Positions 9,972 through 21,913 of a stretch of 64,000 nucleotides of DNA are shown piece after piece; the first letter of the stretch is position 1; every line of letters starts with the position of its first letter. The translations under genes were made by a program, and so were the position numbers. Origin of the DNA: an uncultured delta proteobacterium (GTDB lineage Bacteria > Desulfobacterota > Binatia > UBA9968). The notes under the pieces are model-generated. The model searched no databases. It was given only the letters and a program-made list of their open reading frames with translations, and was not told the origin of the DNA. The stretch covers positions 1 to 64,000 of the forward strand of contig CAVTUQ010000036.1 of the NCBI GenBank assembly GCA_963737905.1, given 5' to 3'.

Positions 9972-12900
9972 TCACCCCGCGGCATTCAAGGATTTTGCAG
10001 CCTTCAGAATAGCCAAAGATACTTTTTCGAGAATTTCATTGGGCTGATAGGGCTTCATTAGTAAAGCGCTCAGCTTTCCTTCAGCCATAGCAGACTCCAT
10101 CTCGTATGAAATATATCCCGAGGCCAGAATCGGTTTCAGAGTCGGGTCGGTTTTTCTCATTTTCTGAAGAGCTTCCCAGCCGTTTAACTTCGGGAGTCCG
10201 AGATCGAGGACCACGACCGAAATTTCATCCTTGTGCCGCAGAAAAGTTTCAACCGCCTCGACGCCGTCCATGGCCACCAGGACTCGATAACCCGCCTTTT
10301 CCAGGCTCCTGCGCATCAACTCGAGCTGCCGTATTTCGTCCTCGACAAACAAAACTACGTGACCATGCGCCGCGATGATTGCAGGCTGCGGCTGGCCGTG
10401 TGGCTGATCCAGTTCGACGGCGACGCTGTATCCAACGATAAGCGGCAAATAGATGTGAAACGTGGTGCCGCCCCCGGGCTCGCTGGTAACGTCGATGAAG
10501 CCGCCGTGGTTTGTCACGATTCCGTAGGCGACAGAGAGACCGAGTCCGGTGCCTTTGCCTTGTTCTTTGGTGGTAAAAAAGGGCTCGAAGATACGGCTCT
10601 TGGTGGGTTCGTTCATTCCGATTCCTGAATCCTTCACGGTGATGCAGGCATAAGTTTTTTCGTTCGCGTTCTGAAAATGTGCCCGAAGCTCGGCTCCGGG
10701 TGTCGTTCCGGTCTTCAGAAGCAACTCCCCTCCCTCCGGCATGGCGTCTGTCGCGTTAACGCAGATATTAAGCAGTACCTGATTGATCTGGTTTGGATCA
10801 GCCAGCACCGACGCAAGGCCCGGCTCTAATTCCAAATCAATATCGATCGTCCTGGGCAAGGTGCCGCTCAAAAGCGCCTTGAGCTTTTGAATCGCGTCAT
10901 TGAGATCGACCTGCTCGAAGCGCACGGCGCTCTCTTTGGCGACCGCAAGCAGCTGTCGCACGGTAGAGGCTCCGCGTTCGATCGCTTCGTCGATAACATC
11001 CAGACTTTCGGTTAGATCCCCGTTACCTGATCCATGGTTCCGCAAAAGCGAGGCATAGCCTTTGATGATATTGAGAATATTGTTGAAATCATGGGCTATG
11101 CCGCCAGCCAGCACTCCGACGCTTTCCATCTTTTGAGCTTGGCGCAGCTGCTGTTCCAGCCTCTTTTCCTCATCTCTTTCTTTCGATAGAGCGAGATTCG
11201 CCAGCTGTAGTTCTCCCGTACGGTGCTGCACTCTTTTCTCGAGCTCCTCGTTCGCTCGAGCTAATTCATCCTTCGCTTGCTGTAAGGCCGATTCCGCTTC
11301 CTTGCGATCCGTTATGTTCAAAAAAATGCCGATGCAGCCGCGAACCTTGCCCGCCTCGTCTCGCAGAGGCGTAGCACGGCACAGCTCATGAATAGTTGTC
11401 CCGTCACTCCGCAGGATTTCCAGCTCCTCATCCAGAATGTCAATCCCTTCGCGGCAAGCGTGCTGCATCGGGAGGTCGTCGGCGGGGACTTGTTGACCCT
11501 TGCGCAACATTCGAAAGGGAAGCTTGTCGCTCACCAAGGCGCTCTTGGATACGTTCTCGCCACTATTGGTCCCGAGCATGCGCGTGAATTCCGGGTTGCA
11601 CCAGATGTGTTCGCATGCCGCGTCCGTAGCTACCGCAATGCCGATGGGAGCCGTATCAATCAATTTGCGAAACTCCTGGTTAACGATTTCCAAGGACCGA
11701 GTCCGCTGGCCCAATATCTCCTCGGCGCCCTTGCGCTCGGAGATATCCATGCAGACACCCACTAACTTTTCAGGCTGTCCGCTGGCATTGAGTAAAATGT
11801 GTCCGAAACCTTCAACCCAGCGCAACCCACCGTCTGGGCGCTTAATGCGATAGACGACGTGAAGATCATCGCGCCTCACGAGGGTTCTTTCGACTGCAGC
11901 TATCACCAGTTCCAGATCTTCCATGTCAATGTCGCGCTTGAAATCCTCGAAGCTTCCGCCAAAAGTTCCCGGCGTTAGACCGTGAATCGCTTCGAGGCTC
12001 GCGGACCAAGTGACTCGGTTCGTTGAGAGGTTCCATTCCCAAGCTCCCATTTGCCCGGCGCCCAGGGCCACTCGCAGCCGGCTTTCGCTCTCCCGCAGCG
12101 CATCTTCGGCGCGCTTGCGTTCCATAAATTGTCCCAGCTGAGCGCCGATGAGGTCCACCATTTCCAGGAAATCGTTATCCGGTTCGCTGATCTCTCGGCT
12201 GAAACATTCCATGACGCCGACAACTTCATCGGCGAGTTTAATTGGAAACCCGATGCCAGCACGCAATCCTTCCTTCGTCGCGACAGGCGCGCGGGGAAAA
12301 TTGTTGTCCTTGGTTACGTCGGTGATCCACGCGGGGGTGCCGCTGCGCCAGACTCTTCCGGGCAGGCCCACTCCCGGAGTAAACTTGGTTTTGCGCGTCA
12401 CCGCTTCGAACTCGGGTACGTTAACGGAGGGAAGGCACCAAAAGTTTATGCAACTCAGTTCGTTCAATGAACGATCCACGTTCCATATAGCCCCCACTCC
12501 CCAATCTCCCGGTTCACATATGGCTTGGATAATTTTGGGTCCGGCATCCGCCATGCTAGGAGACTCGGCCAGGATCCGGCTCACTGCATCCTTGATACGA
12601 AGCCGTTGCTCGAGCCGGCGGCGCTCCAAAGCAACCGCGGCCATGACGAGAGATGTCACGGTAACGGTGGCCATGAACACCTGCAGCAATAAAAGAGATT
12701 GATTCGCGTTGGAAGTCACGAACGGCCCCAGGTTGTGCAATGTGCCCCACAGTGCGATCGCCGACAGCGCGAACGCTGAAGTTACGGCTCCGCGCCTGCC
12801 GAAACGTAACGCCGCCCAAAGGAGAGGCACCAGAGCGAAGTACTCCAGACCGGTTGGAATTCTTGTTAGAAACAGGAGCCAGCCGGCCAAAACCAAGACG

Positions 12901-13475
12901 AGCAGCAAACCTATCGCTTCCAAGATTTGCAAGGCTTTTATGGGCAACAGCGGTTGCGTCACCCAAAGCACGAGCAGGGAACCAACGATCAAGCTGCCCA
13001 CCGCATCGCCGAGCCACCACGTCAGCCAGATAGGAAAAAATGCATCCCATCGGGCCAGTCCCCCCAAACCCAAGCTGGTGACCCCGATCATAGCGCCGAC
13101 GGCGGTGCTCAGAATCACAGCCAGCAGGATGAACTTGAGAATATTTTTTGTTTGGTCGAATGCGTTCGTGCCGTTGGCAAAGCGGGCGACCAACGTGGCT
13201 CCTAACATCGCTTCGAAGGTGTTGCCTGCGGCGATACTAAGCGCCGTGGCGACCGATCCCGCTGCGGCGATGTTTACCGCAAAGGCGCCGAGAAATATCC
13301 CCGGCCAGAGCCGATATCCCCACAGGAGGATAGCCGCCAACGCAATTCCGCTGGGGGGCCAGACTGCGGAAGCGCTCGGGTGAACGTGGGCCAATGACAA
13401 GCCGAAGCTGCCGGCGCAAAAGTATAAGACGGCAAGAACGAAAATGAATGCCGCGGTTTTGAGGTGTCGCATCAT
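9972..13475 (-). CDS. Hybrid sensor histidine kinase (MASE1-GAF-PAS-PAS-HisKA-HATPase-REC)
   Basis: AVWPPSG MASE1, [13 protein letters not shown]-box [27 protein letters not shown]-terminal receiver. Confidence 0.95.
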   Translation of the reverse strand: MMRHLKTAAFIFVLAVLYFCAGSFGLSLAHVHPSASAVWPPSGIALAAILLWGYRLWPGIFLGAFAVNIAAAGSVATALSIAAGNTFEAMLGATLVARFANGTNAFDQTKNILKFILLAVILSTAVGAMIGVTSLGLGGLARWDAFFPIWLTWWLGDAVGSLIVGSLLVLWVTQPLLPIKALQILEAIGLLLVLVLAGWLLFLTRIPTGLEYFALVPLLWAALRFGRRGAVTSAFALSAIALWGTLHNLGPFVTSNANQSLLLLQVFMATVTVTSLVMAAVALERRRLEQRLRIKDAVSRILAESPSMADAGPKIIQAICEPGDWGVGAIWNVDRSLNELSCINFWCLPSVNVPEFEAVTRKTKFTPGVGLPGRVWRSGTPAWITDVTKDNNFPRAPVATKEGLRAGIGFPIKLADEVVGVMECFSREISEPDNDFLEMVDLIGAQLGQFMERKRAEDALRESESRLRVALGAGQMGAWEWNLSTNRVTWSASLEAIHGLTPGTFGGSFEDFKRDIDMEDLELVIAAVERTLVRRDDLHVVYRIKRPDGGLRWVEGFGHILLNASGQPEKLVGVCMDISERKGAEEILGQRTRSLEIVNQEFRKLIDTAPIGIAVATDAACEHIWCNPEFTRMLGTNSGENVSKSALVSDKLPFRMLRKGQQVPADDLPMQHACREGIDILDEELEILRSDGTTIHELCRATPLRDEAGKVRGCIGIFLNITDRKEAESALQQAKDELARANEELEKRVQHRTGELQLANLALSKERDEEKRLEQQLRQAQKMESVGVLAGGIAHDFNNILNIIKGYASLLRNHGSGNGDLTESLDVIDEAIERGASTVRQLLAVAKESAVRFEQVDLNDAIQKLKALLSGTLPRTIDIDLELEPGLASVLADPNQINQVLLNICVNATDAMPEGGELLLKTGTTPGAELRAHFQNANEKTYACITVKDSGIGMNEPTKSRIFEPFFTTKEQGKGTGLGLSVAYGIVTNHGGFIDVTSEPGGGTTFHIYLPLIVGYSVAVELDQPHGQPQPAIIAAHGHVVLFVEDEIRQLELMRRSLEKAGYRVLVAMDGVEAVETFLRHKDEISVVVLDLGLPKLNGWEALQKMRKTDPTLKPILASGYISYEMESAMAEGKLSALLMKPYQPNEILEKVSLAILKAAKSLNAAG

Positions 13476-13484
13476 GTGGCCGAA

Positions 13485-13592
13485 GATGCGCCGACTTGCA
13501 GCGAAATTGGCACGCAACGTATGCCGTTCTTTTACGTGATTTGCTAATCGTTGACAAGGAAAATCAGCGTTCCTCTTGCAAGTCGGCGCATC
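13485..13592. repeat. Perfect 16-bp inverted repeat (GATGCGCCGACTTGCA / TGCAAGTCGGCGCATC) around a 76-bp spacer between divergent genes
   Basis: Arms at 13485-13500 and 13577-13592 are exact reverse complements. Confidence 0.9.
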
Positions 13593-13612
13593 GGCGCTAT
13601 TCTGAGGTACCA

Positions 13613-14734
13613 ATGGCTGAACACGACTATTACCAGACCCTCGGTGTCGATCGGAATGCTTCCAACGATGATATTCGCAAGGCCTACCGGAAGCTTGCGC
13701 GAAAGTATCACCCCGACATCAACCCGGGAAACAAAGAGGCTGAGAACAAATTCAAAGATCTCTCGGTTGCTTACGATGTTTTGAGCGATTCGGAGAAACG
13801 CAAACTCTACGACGAGTTCGGCGAGGCAGGCTTGGCTGCCGGCTTCGACGCGGAGAAGGCGCGAAGTTATCGACAGTGGCAACAGGAGTCGGCGGGAGCG
13901 GGTGGTGGCTACGAATACAACGTCGATGATCTCGGCGACATTTTTGGTGACCTGGGAGGCATGTTTCGCGGAGGTGGTCGCGCGCCATCGGGCCCGGCGC
14001 GAGGCGAGGATATCGAAGCGGCGATGGATATCGATTTCCTCGACGCCGTCCGCGGTTTTCAAACTTCGCTAAGCCTGCAGCGGCGTGTCGAATGTAACAC
14101 TTGCCACGGCTCTGGGACTAAGCCTGGAAGCACCCCCACGACATGCCCTGAGTGTGGCGGCTCGGGCGGCAAGCAGGTAGTTCAGGGACCGCTCCAGTTT
14201 CGCGTCACCTGTCCGCGTTGTCACGGAACTGGAAAATTACCCGGAGACCCGTGCACTGCGTGTGGTGGCACCGGGCGGATTTTGCGGTCAGAGACGATGC
14301 GCGTCAATATCCCGCCGGGCGCCGAGGCAGGGAAACGGATTCGCCTGCGCGGTAAAGGCGAGGCGGGAATCCGAGGAGGACCAGCCGGCGATCTTTACAT
14401 CGTGCCGCGCATCCGGCCGCATCCGATATTGACGCGATCGGGCAGAGACTTGTCTATGGAGCTGCCGATTACGGTGGGAGAGGCGGTCCGGGGCGCCAGT
14501 ATAGAGGTGCCTACGCCGGTGGGTGTCGTGAAAGTGAAAATTCCTGCGGGAGCGCAAAGCGGCCAGCGCTTGCGCGTCAAAGGCAAGGGGGTTCCCGCAC
14601 ACGGGCGAGAGCTCGCTGGAGACTTGTATTTGCATCTGCTGGTGCGGGTACCGAAGGATGAGATCGCCCAAGATGTAATCGACAAAATTGATCGGGCTTA
14701 CGGCGAAAACGTGCGCAAAGACCTGCGCCTTTAG
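13613..14734 (+). CDS. dnaJ: Molecular chaperone DnaJ
   Basis: J-domain HPD, G/F region, four CxxCxGxG zinc repeats, C-terminal domain. Confidence 0.92.
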   Translation: MAEHDYYQTLGVDRNASNDDIRKAYRKLARKYHPDINPGNKEAENKFKDLSVAYDVLSDSEKRKLYDEFGEAGLAAGFDAEKARSYRQWQQESAGAGGGYEYNVDDLGDIFGDLGGMFRGGGRAPSGPARGEDIEAAMDIDFLDAVRGFQTSLSLQRRVECNTCHGSGTKPGSTPTTCPECGGSGGKQVVQGPLQFRVTCPRCHGTGKLPGDPCTACGGTGRILRSETMRVNIPPGAEAGKRIRLRGKGEAGIRGGPAGDLYIVPRIRPHPILTRSGRDLSMELPITVGEAVRGASIEVPTPVGVVKVKIPAGAQSGQRLRVKGKGVPAHGRELAGDLYLHLLVRVPKDEIAQDVIDKIDRAYGENVRKDLRL

Positions 14735-14746
14735 CAGAGCAGAGCC

Positions 14747-15040
14747 ATGACACGCAAATATCTTCGGGTTTCAGAAGTCATCAAGATTTGCAATGTCCCT
14801 CAGGAATTTATCGATGCACTGGAGCGGGAGCACATCATCGAGCCGATCACCCGGCGCAAGCTAAAAGTTTATTCCCCCGATCAAGTCGATCGTGTTCGGG
14901 TGGCCCACCTCCTCATCGAAGAGATGGGGGTGAACCTGGAGGGAGCCGAGGTTGCGCTTCACATGCGCGAGCAGATGATCGCCATGCAGCGCCAGTTTAA
15001 TGAGTTGTTGCGTCTGCTGGGGCGGCAGTTGAAGAAATAG
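14747..15040 (+). CDS. CbpM/HspR-like MerR-fold chaperone modulator
   Basis: RVRVAHLLIEEMGVNLEGAEVALHMR; directly downstream of dnaJ. Confidence 0.8.
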   Translation: MTRKYLRVSEVIKICNVPQEFIDALEREHIIEPITRRKLKVYSPDQVDRVRVAHLLIEEMGVNLEGAEVALHMREQMIAMQRQFNELLRLLGRQLKK

Positions 15041-15077
15041 GCGCAGCGGCAAGTGTCGAGGGTCGAGTAAGGAGAAA

Positions 15078-15135
15078 AATATTGGAATAATGCAACTCCT
15101 GCCCGATCATTCCATCGATCCAATGTTCCAGTATT
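15078..15135. repeat. Intergenic palindromic repeat (TATTGGAATAATG...CATTCCATCGATCCAAT family)
   Basis: Imperfect hairpin; related copy at about 37715-37775. Confidence 0.55.
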
Positions 15136-15209
15136 TTATCCTTGCTGTTCTGATGTTGCTTTTTTGTTCTGCCTGAACTAGAGGCCTGTCATAGAAGGAG
15201 GACCGTCCC

Positions 15210-16844
15210 ATGGCCGAAACGAACATTGCGGAAACGGTTATAGAATATCTCAGCTCGCAGAACGTCCGGCATATCTTCGGTGTCCTCGCCCATACGTCTT
15301 TCGCACTGGGCGATGCCATAGCAAAGCGCCCGCACCTTCGCTTCGTCAATTCGCAGCATGAGGGAGGCGCCGGAAACATGGCCCTCGGCTACGCCCGCGC
15401 GGCTAAGAAGCCGGCGGTCTGCCTGGTTTCGGCGGGCGGCGGCGCCACCAACATCGTCACGGCTGTCGCCCAAGCTTATAAGGAATCGGTGCCGCTGTTC
15501 GTCATCTCCTCGGACATCAACACGGCCTCCTCGAGCAAAGGCGCCTGGTCTTCCTTCCATGGCATGGAGCATGTGAGGTTGTTTGAGCCGATCACGAAGC
15601 AGAGTTTGAAGCTTGAGAGGGTAGAAGAAATCGGTTCCGTCTTGGATTCGCTATTTCATTTAACGACGCGGGGGCGGCAAGGCCCCGTTTTTCTCATTAT
15701 TCCAGCCGATCTACAGGCGGCATCGCTCCCCGAACCGCTAACGTTTTCGCCGACAGCGGCTCCCACTGCGCCCGCCATCGATTCCCGCTCTGCGGAAATG
15801 GCGACCGATTTGCTGCTGAAGGCAACTGCGCCTGTGGTTTTAGCGGGCACGGGGGTGGATTGGTCAGGCGCGAGAGAAGAAGTGCAAGAGCTGGCTGAGC
15901 TTTTATCGCTGCCAGTCGCTGTGAGCTACACGGCCAAGGGCGTTTTCCCCGAAAATCATCCGTTGGCCCTGGGCTGCCTGGGGTTCGGTAGCAGGCCCTA
16001 CGCGCGTAAATTTTTCCTCGAGTCCGATGTAATTCTGGCGTTGGGCACGACTTTCAGCGAAGGCACGACCCTCGGGTTCGGCAATCGTATCATTCCCGAC
16101 AAAGCCAAGATTATCCAGATCGACATCGATCCCGACGAACTGGGCCGGAACTATCCGACGGCGTTGTCGGTGCAAGCTGACGTGAAGGCAGCGCTAGGCG
16201 CGATTATTGAACGCGTCAAAAGCAAACGGTCAAGCGCGCCGGCTGCGGGTGGTGCTAGAGTTCGGGAGATAGAGCAGGCGAAGCAGGCGTGGCGGAGCGA
16301 TCTCGATAAAAAAACTGCCAACGGTAGCTTGACCTATGACTCGGTGCTCAAAACTCTCAATGAACTATTGACTGGCTCGGAGATATTAGTGACTTCCGGC
16401 ATGACCGGCGACCTGCTGCGAAACATCGACGCCGCGACGCCGATCATTCACGCCGGCGAGTTCCGCGCCATCGGGACCGCGTTCGCGACTTCCCTCGGCG
16501 TCAAACTCGGCCGGCCCAAGGCGCGGGTCGTCTGCGTCACCGGCGACGGCTCCTTCATGATGGAACAGCAAGAGCTGGCGACGGCGCGCTTGCACAATAT
16601 TCCAGTGTTGGCCATCGTCCTGCGTAACAATGCCTACGGCGGCATGAAGCGAGATCAAATCCAGCATTACGGCGGCCGCGTGATCGGCACCGAGCTGTTT
16701 ATCCCCGACCTCGCGCGCCTGGCCGAGCTGTTCGGCGCCAAAGGCTACACAATTACTCGACCCGAAGAGGTAAGACCCGTTCTGAAAAAATCTCTTGAGT
16801 CTGATGATTTCGTCGTCGTGGATGTCAAGGTGGATGGTAAATAA
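15210..16844 (+). CDS. Thiamine pyrophosphate-binding enzyme (acetolactate synthase-like family)
   Basis: QHEGGAGNMALGYAR, IIQIDIDP, TPP motif GDGSFMM...NNAYG. Confidence 0.9.
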   Translation: MAETNIAETVIEYLSSQNVRHIFGVLAHTSFALGDAIAKRPHLRFVNSQHEGGAGNMALGYARAAKKPAVCLVSAGGGATNIVTAVAQAYKESVPLFVISSDINTASSSKGAWSSFHGMEHVRLFEPITKQSLKLERVEEIGSVLDSLFHLTTRGRQGPVFLIIPADLQAASLPEPLTFSPTAAPTAPAIDSRSAEMATDLLLKATAPVVLAGTGVDWSGAREEVQELAELLSLPVAVSYTAKGVFPENHPLALGCLGFGSRPYARKFFLESDVILALGTTFSEGTTLGFGNRIIPDKAKIIQIDIDPDELGRNYPTALSVQADVKAALGAIIERVKSKRSSAPAAGGARVREIEQAKQAWRSDLDKKTANGSLTYDSVLKTLNELLTGSEILVTSGMTGDLLRNIDAATPIIHAGEFRAIGTAFATSLGVKLGRPKARVVCVTGDGSFMMEQQELATARLHNIPVLAIVLRNNAYGGMKRDQIQHYGGRVIGTELFIPDLARLAELFGAKGYTITRPEEVRPVLKKSLESDDFVVVDVKVDGK

Positions 16845-16859
16845 GCGCGCTGCCGTAAG

Positions 16860-17225
16860 TTAAGGCAAATACTCGCGGACCTTGGCCAGGACCAAGCGAG
16901 GGCTGAAGGGCTTGGAAACGTAGGCCTCGCACCCGGCCTTGAGTGCTTTCTCCTCGTCGCCGCTCAAGACGTACGACGTCACCGCAATGATGGGGATGTG
17001 TCGGAGGGCAGGATTCTTCTTGATCCGACGGGTGGCCTCGTAACCGTCGAGACCAGGAAGCTGGATATCCATGAGGATCAAGTCAGGGCGATAGTTTTCA
17101 GCCGAAGTCACTCCTTCTTCCCCCGTAACCGCCTCGGCTAGGTCATAGCCTGCACTCGTGAGGAGGTCGCGCAGGATACGCCGATTGGTCTCGTGGTCCT
17201 CGACGATAAGAACTCGCTTGCTCAT
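16860..17225 (-). CDS. Single-domain response regulator (DivK-like)
   Basis: ILIVED, PDLILMDIQLP, AGCEAYVSKP. Confidence 0.92.
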   Translation of the reverse strand: MSKRVLIVEDHETNRRILRDLLTSAGYDLAEAVTGEEGVTSAENYRPDLILMDIQLPGLDGYEATRRIKKNPALRHIPIIAVTSYVLSGDEEKALKAGCEAYVSKPFSPRLVLAKVREYLP

Positions 17226-19588
17226 GAAGCCTCCGCTTGGCGCTCGACCCTCACGGGCAACGAGAATGTGAAGGTCGAACCCGCGCCAACTTTCGACTCC
17301 ACCCAGATGCGACCACCGTGCATCTCGATGATCCGCTTCGCAATGGCGAGCCCGAGGCCGGTCCCGCCCTTTGCCCGAGAGCTGGAGCCATCGACCTGCT
17401 GGAACTCTTCAAAGATTCTCTCCTGATCGGCCGGAGCGATTCCTGGACCGCTGTCCGAAACCGAGACCAAAAACGACCCGTCGGCAGCTCTTCGCTTCCA
17501 CCCGAACCTCGCCGCTCTCAGCGAATTTAATAGCGTTGCCAACGAGGTTCAGAAGCACCTGGGCGATCCGTCGTTGATCGCCCTTGCCCGGAGGGAGGTC
17601 TGGTGGGATCGCGATTTTGAGCGCGAGATTTTTCGCTGCCGCTAAAGGCTGCATCGCGGTAAAGACCGCCTGAACGACTTCCCGCATGGAGTATTCTTGG
17701 AGCGAAAGGGTTACCCGGCCCGCTTCGATCTTGGAGAGATCGAGAACGTCGTTGATGAGATTCAAGAGGTGACGGCCACTCGCCTGAACGTCTTCTAGAG
17801 CGCTCCGGATCTTTTCCGGAACGTCGCCGTAGATCTTATCCAGAATCATTTCGGTAAGGCCCAGAATGCCGTTCAGCGGGGTGCGCAGCTCGTGCGACAT
17901 ATTCGCCAGGAACTGCGACTTGTAGCGGCTGGCGGTTTCGAGCTGCTCGTTCTTTTCTTGGATTTCTTGAAATAGTCGAACGTTCTCGATCGCGATCACA
18001 GCCTGATCGGCGAAGGTCTCAAGTAGAGCGATTTGTCGATCAGAGAAAGGCCGCACTTCCATGCGGCGAATCATGATCAAGCCAATCGGGATACCTTCAC
18101 GCAGCAAAGGGGTTGCAAGAATTGTCCGCGTGCCATGTTTTCTTAAGAAATCCGCCCTCAGTTCGGTTGTAGGAACTGCAAACAAATCGTGAACGTGGAT
18201 GGTCTTGCGGTCAATCACAGCTCGGCCTGGGACCGAAAGCCTGTCGAGACCCGGCGGGCCTTTTCCTAAGTTTCCAGGCAGGGGCCCGTATCCGCCACGC
18301 CTTTGAAATGGCGGCCATCGAAACGATAAATCAAAGCGTCGTTCGCCTCGCATATTCGGGCGGCGTTCTCGGCCACTGTATTCAGCACTGGCTGGAGATC
18401 AGTCGGCGAGCTTGCAATAGCGCGCAAGATCTCGCTCGTAGCAGTTTGCTGTGTCAGGGACTCAGTTAGTTCTCGGTTCCGAGTTTCCAGTTCTTGAAAG
18501 AGACGAACATTTTCGATTGCGATCACAGCCTGATCGGCAAAAGTCTCAAGGAGGGCAATTTGCCGCTCAGAGAACGGCCGTACTTCCATGCGCCGGATCA
18601 TGATCACGCCAATTGGATTACCCTGGCACAATAACGGAGTTGCAAGAACCGTCCGCGTATTGTGTTTTCTTAAGAAGCTCGCCCGCAACTCACTCTCTGG
18701 AACCGCATACAAATCATGGATGTGAACCGTCTTCCGATCCATCACTACTCGGCCGGGGATCGTCTGACTGTCGACGGCACGCGGTCCCTTGCCGATGTCT
18801 CCAGGCAGGGGTCCGTAGTCGGCTACGCCTCTGATCCGACGACCGTCATAACGATAAATCAATCCATCGTTGGCCTCGCATATGCGCGCGGCGTTTTCGG
18901 CCACAGCATTGAGAACAGGTTGAAGATCGGTGGGTGAGCTGGCAATCACGCGCAGGATCTCGCTCATGGCAGTTTGCTGCCTCAGTGACTCGGTGAGCTC
19001 TCGGTTTCGAGTTTGCAGCTCTTGAAACAGACGAACATTCTCGATCGCGATCACAGCCTGATCGGCGAAGGTTTCGAGCAGAGCGATTTGCCTGTCGGAA
19101 AACGGTCGGACTTCCATTCGGCGGATCAAGATGACGCCAATCGGAACACCCTGACGCAGCAACGGGGTCGCAAGAACCGTCCGTGTACCATGACTTCTTA
19201 AGAAATTTGCCCGAAAATCGTCAGTCGGGACAGCAGCCAAGTCATGGACGTGAATCGTCTGACGGTCGATGATGCAGCGGCTGGGTACAGAAAGTCGGGT
19301 TAGAGTTGGGCCTTTGCCCAACTGTCCGGGCAATGGTCCATAGTCCGCCACTCCTCTTAGCCGTTGACCATCAACACGATAAATTAACGTGTCGTTCGCC
19401 TCGCATATACGCGCGGCGTTCTCCGCGACTGTGTTCAGCACCGGCTGGAGATCAGTCGGGGAGCTGGCGATGACGCGCAGGATTTCGCTCGTGGCAGTTT
19501 GCTGGGTCAACGAGTCACTGAGCTCTCGCGCAAGCGCATCCGGTCTATCTTGTAGGCTTGCGTAACGTTTTTCGAACGGGCTAGCCAT
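17222..19588 (-). CDS. Triple-GAF histidine kinase, frameshifted near 18290 and 17480
   Basis: Three near-identical GAF repeats ending LLETFADQAVIAIENVRLF; H-box FLANMSHELRTPL; GGTGLGL in the last frame. Confidence 0.88.
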
Positions 19589-19650
19589 AGCTTTGGAACT
19601 TCCGAGCCCGGGTAATACTACCGGCGGCCGTGAACTACCACAGCGAGGTT

Positions 19651-20604
19651 TTATCTAGCGATTCCGAGCTCCCTTTGCGCCTCACGTAGAATCGAGAGGT
19701 CGGCGACATCACTCGCAGAAACCCGACGATCTACTTTGGCCGCTTTCTTTGCCTCTTCAATCACCAAACGCAATCCATCTTCGGGCAAGCTTCCATCCTC
19801 GCTGTACGCGGGCGCAAAAGCCTCATAGGTCGCCGTAGCGACTTCCCGATCCGTCTTCATCCATTCCATCAGGAACTGAATTGTCTCCTCACGGTTTGAG
19901 CGAATATAGCGATTTGCCTTGATTCCCGCCTTAATCACTCGCTTGATTTCTTCTGGTCTCGCCTTGATCTTCTTTTCATTAGCTATCAGACCGACCTGCG
20001 GATACCTAAATATTTCGTGGCTCTTGGCTATAACATGAAACCCCAACTTTCTCGCATGAAAATCCCAAGGCGGAGGCACGACTGCTGCGGCAACCAGCCC
20101 CTGCTTAAGCGCGGCCAGTCGGGCTTCGTTCGATCCCACGGCCAAGAACTTGACCTCTTTTTCTGGATCAAGACCAAAGTGTTTGGCGATTAACTGCGAC
20201 GCGGTAAAAACAGCACCGCCGACTGAAGCGACTGCTATTGTTTTCCCCTTGAGTTCCTTAACCGATTTTATATCAGGGCGGCTAACCAACATGAGAGTAG
20301 AGGCCGGCAGATAACAGGCCATGACCCTGAGCGGGAATCCTGCGATGGCTGTTCGGACACCATGCGGAATGCCTGTTAGGTAGTCAATATCTCCGTTGTT
20401 TAGTGCCGGTATTTGTACAATGGGTCGCATTAGCAGGATCTCCGCGGCAAATCCCTCGTCTTTCAAGAAGCCCTTCTTCTGCGCCAAGGGAAAGGTCAGG
20501 TAAGGGGGGTTTGGGTCGGGGATAGCAATTCTGATCTTATCCGCCGCCTCGACCGAGGCATGGAGAAGAAAAATGGCGAGTAAACGGCCTAGTATTTGTT
20601 TCAT
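19651..20604 (-). CDS. ABC transporter substrate-binding protein (NitT/TauT, NMT1-like)
   Basis: Signal peptide, KIRIAIP, KELKGKTIAV. Confidence 0.88.
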   Translation of the reverse strand: MKQILGRLLAIFLLHASVEAADKIRIAIPDPNPPYLTFPLAQKKGFLKDEGFAAEILLMRPIVQIPALNNGDIDYLTGIPHGVRTAIAGFPLRVMACYLPASTLMLVSRPDIKSVKELKGKTIAVASVGGAVFTASQLIAKHFGLDPEKEVKFLAVGSNEARLAALKQGLVAAAVVPPPWDFHARKLGFHVIAKSHEIFRYPQVGLIANEKKIKARPEEIKRVIKAGIKANRYIRSNREETIQFLMEWMKTDREVATATYEAFAPAYSEDGSLPEDGLRLVIEEAKKAAKVDRRVSASDVADLSILREAQRELGIAR

Positions 20605-20676
20605 ATTGAACTTCGTTGTTAGCTCTCCGCTGTTTGGACTGTGAATTTCTGATCTCAATTCAATCCCGAATCCATA

Positions 20677-21631
20677 TCATTTAGGTCCCAACTCTCGTTG
20701 GGCGTCTCTCAGAATCGAGAGATCTGCGACATCTTTCATCGAGACTTCGCGGCTGACTTTGGCCGCTTTTTTGGTTTCTTCGATCACTGAACGAAGGCCG
20801 TCTTCAGGGCAGTTGTCCGTCTTCGCTTAACGACTGGCAAAAAAGCCTCATACGTAGCCGCTGCAACGTCCTTATCGATCCGCATCCAATCCATTAGAAA
20901 ATTAACCGTTCCTTCGCGATTTGATCGAATATACCGGTTGGCTTCGATTCCTGCCTTAATCATCCGTTTAATTTCCTCCGGTCGTTGCTTGATCTTCCTG
21001 TCATTCGCGATCAGACCGGTCTGAGGATAACTAAAAAGTTCGTAGCTCTTGGCTATCACATGAAAACCCAACTTCTTCGCATGAAAGTCCCATGGCGGCG
21101 GGACTATTGCCGCAGCGACCAGGCCCTGTTTCAGCGCAGCCAAGCGCCTTTCGTTAGGCCCCACAGCCAGGACTTTGATGTCTTTCTCCGGATCGAAGCC
21201 GAAGTGTTTGGCGATGAATTGCAACACAGAAAAATTGGTGCCGCCAAATGCGGCGACTGCGACTGTTTTTCCCTTGAGTTCACCCACCGAATTTATTTCC
21301 GGGCGGCTAACCACCATGAGACTGGACCGTCGGGAGATAACAGGCGAGGATCTTAACAGGAAAGCCTCCGATCGAGCCTCGGCAGGCCTTGCGAAATGTC
21401 TGTCAAGTAATCGATATCTCCGTTGTTTAGCGCCGGCATCGTGAGACTACCGCGCATCGAAATAACCTCGGCTGCGAAGCCCTGGTTCGTCAAGAAACCT
21501 TTCTTTTGCGCCAGTGGAAACGTAAGGTAGGCGGCATTCGGCTCGGGAACCGCGATCCTGATTTTATCTGCCGCTTCGGTTGATTCACAGAACGTTAGAA
21601 ATATCAAGCAATACCAAAAGATTTTTTTCAT
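20677..21631 (-). CDS. ABC substrate-binding protein (NitT/TauT), frameshifted; tandem paralogue of 19651-20604
   Basis: Shared YLTFPLAQKKGF and PPPWDFHA.KLGFHVIAKS segments split over several frames. Confidence 0.8.
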
Positions 21632-21758
21632 GAAACATCCCTGCCGCTTTGGCTCTAGCGATCTCGTCTGTATGCGTATGGGGAACTATGATTGTTTGAG
21701 GCTGCAAGCCTCTTTTTTCATAGGAGCTCCGAAGGTTTTTATCTTTCAAAGTTCCTTG

Positions 21759-21773
21759 GCAAGTGGCGGGCCA
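21759..21773 (-). promoter_or_regulatory. sigma54 -24/-12 promoter
   Basis: TGGCCC-GCCAC-TTGC on the minus strand, upstream of the SBP-SBP-kinase-receiver genes. Confidence 0.65.
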
Positions 21774-21871
21774 ACCAGGGCAAGTCGGCCGGATGATTTG
21801 GAATAAGAGTTGAACTAAAAGGGCTTTTTGAAAGGCGGCTGGAGTTCGCACAGGTCGCAGGTATCGGTTGA

Positions 21872-21889
21872 TGTCTCCGATCGGAGACA
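21872..21889. promoter_or_regulatory. Perfect 18-bp palindrome TGTCTCCGATCGGAGACA, candidate enhancer (UAS)
   Basis: TGT-N12-ACA palindrome about 100 bp upstream of the sigma54 site and 25 bp past the activator stop codon. Confidence 0.6.
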
Positions 21890-21913
21890 CCTAAGACCAC
21901 AAATGAGGACAGG

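Noticed and set aside
13507-13525. TTGGCACG as a sigma54 -24 box upstream of dnaJ
   Set aside because: No TTGC at the required spacing.
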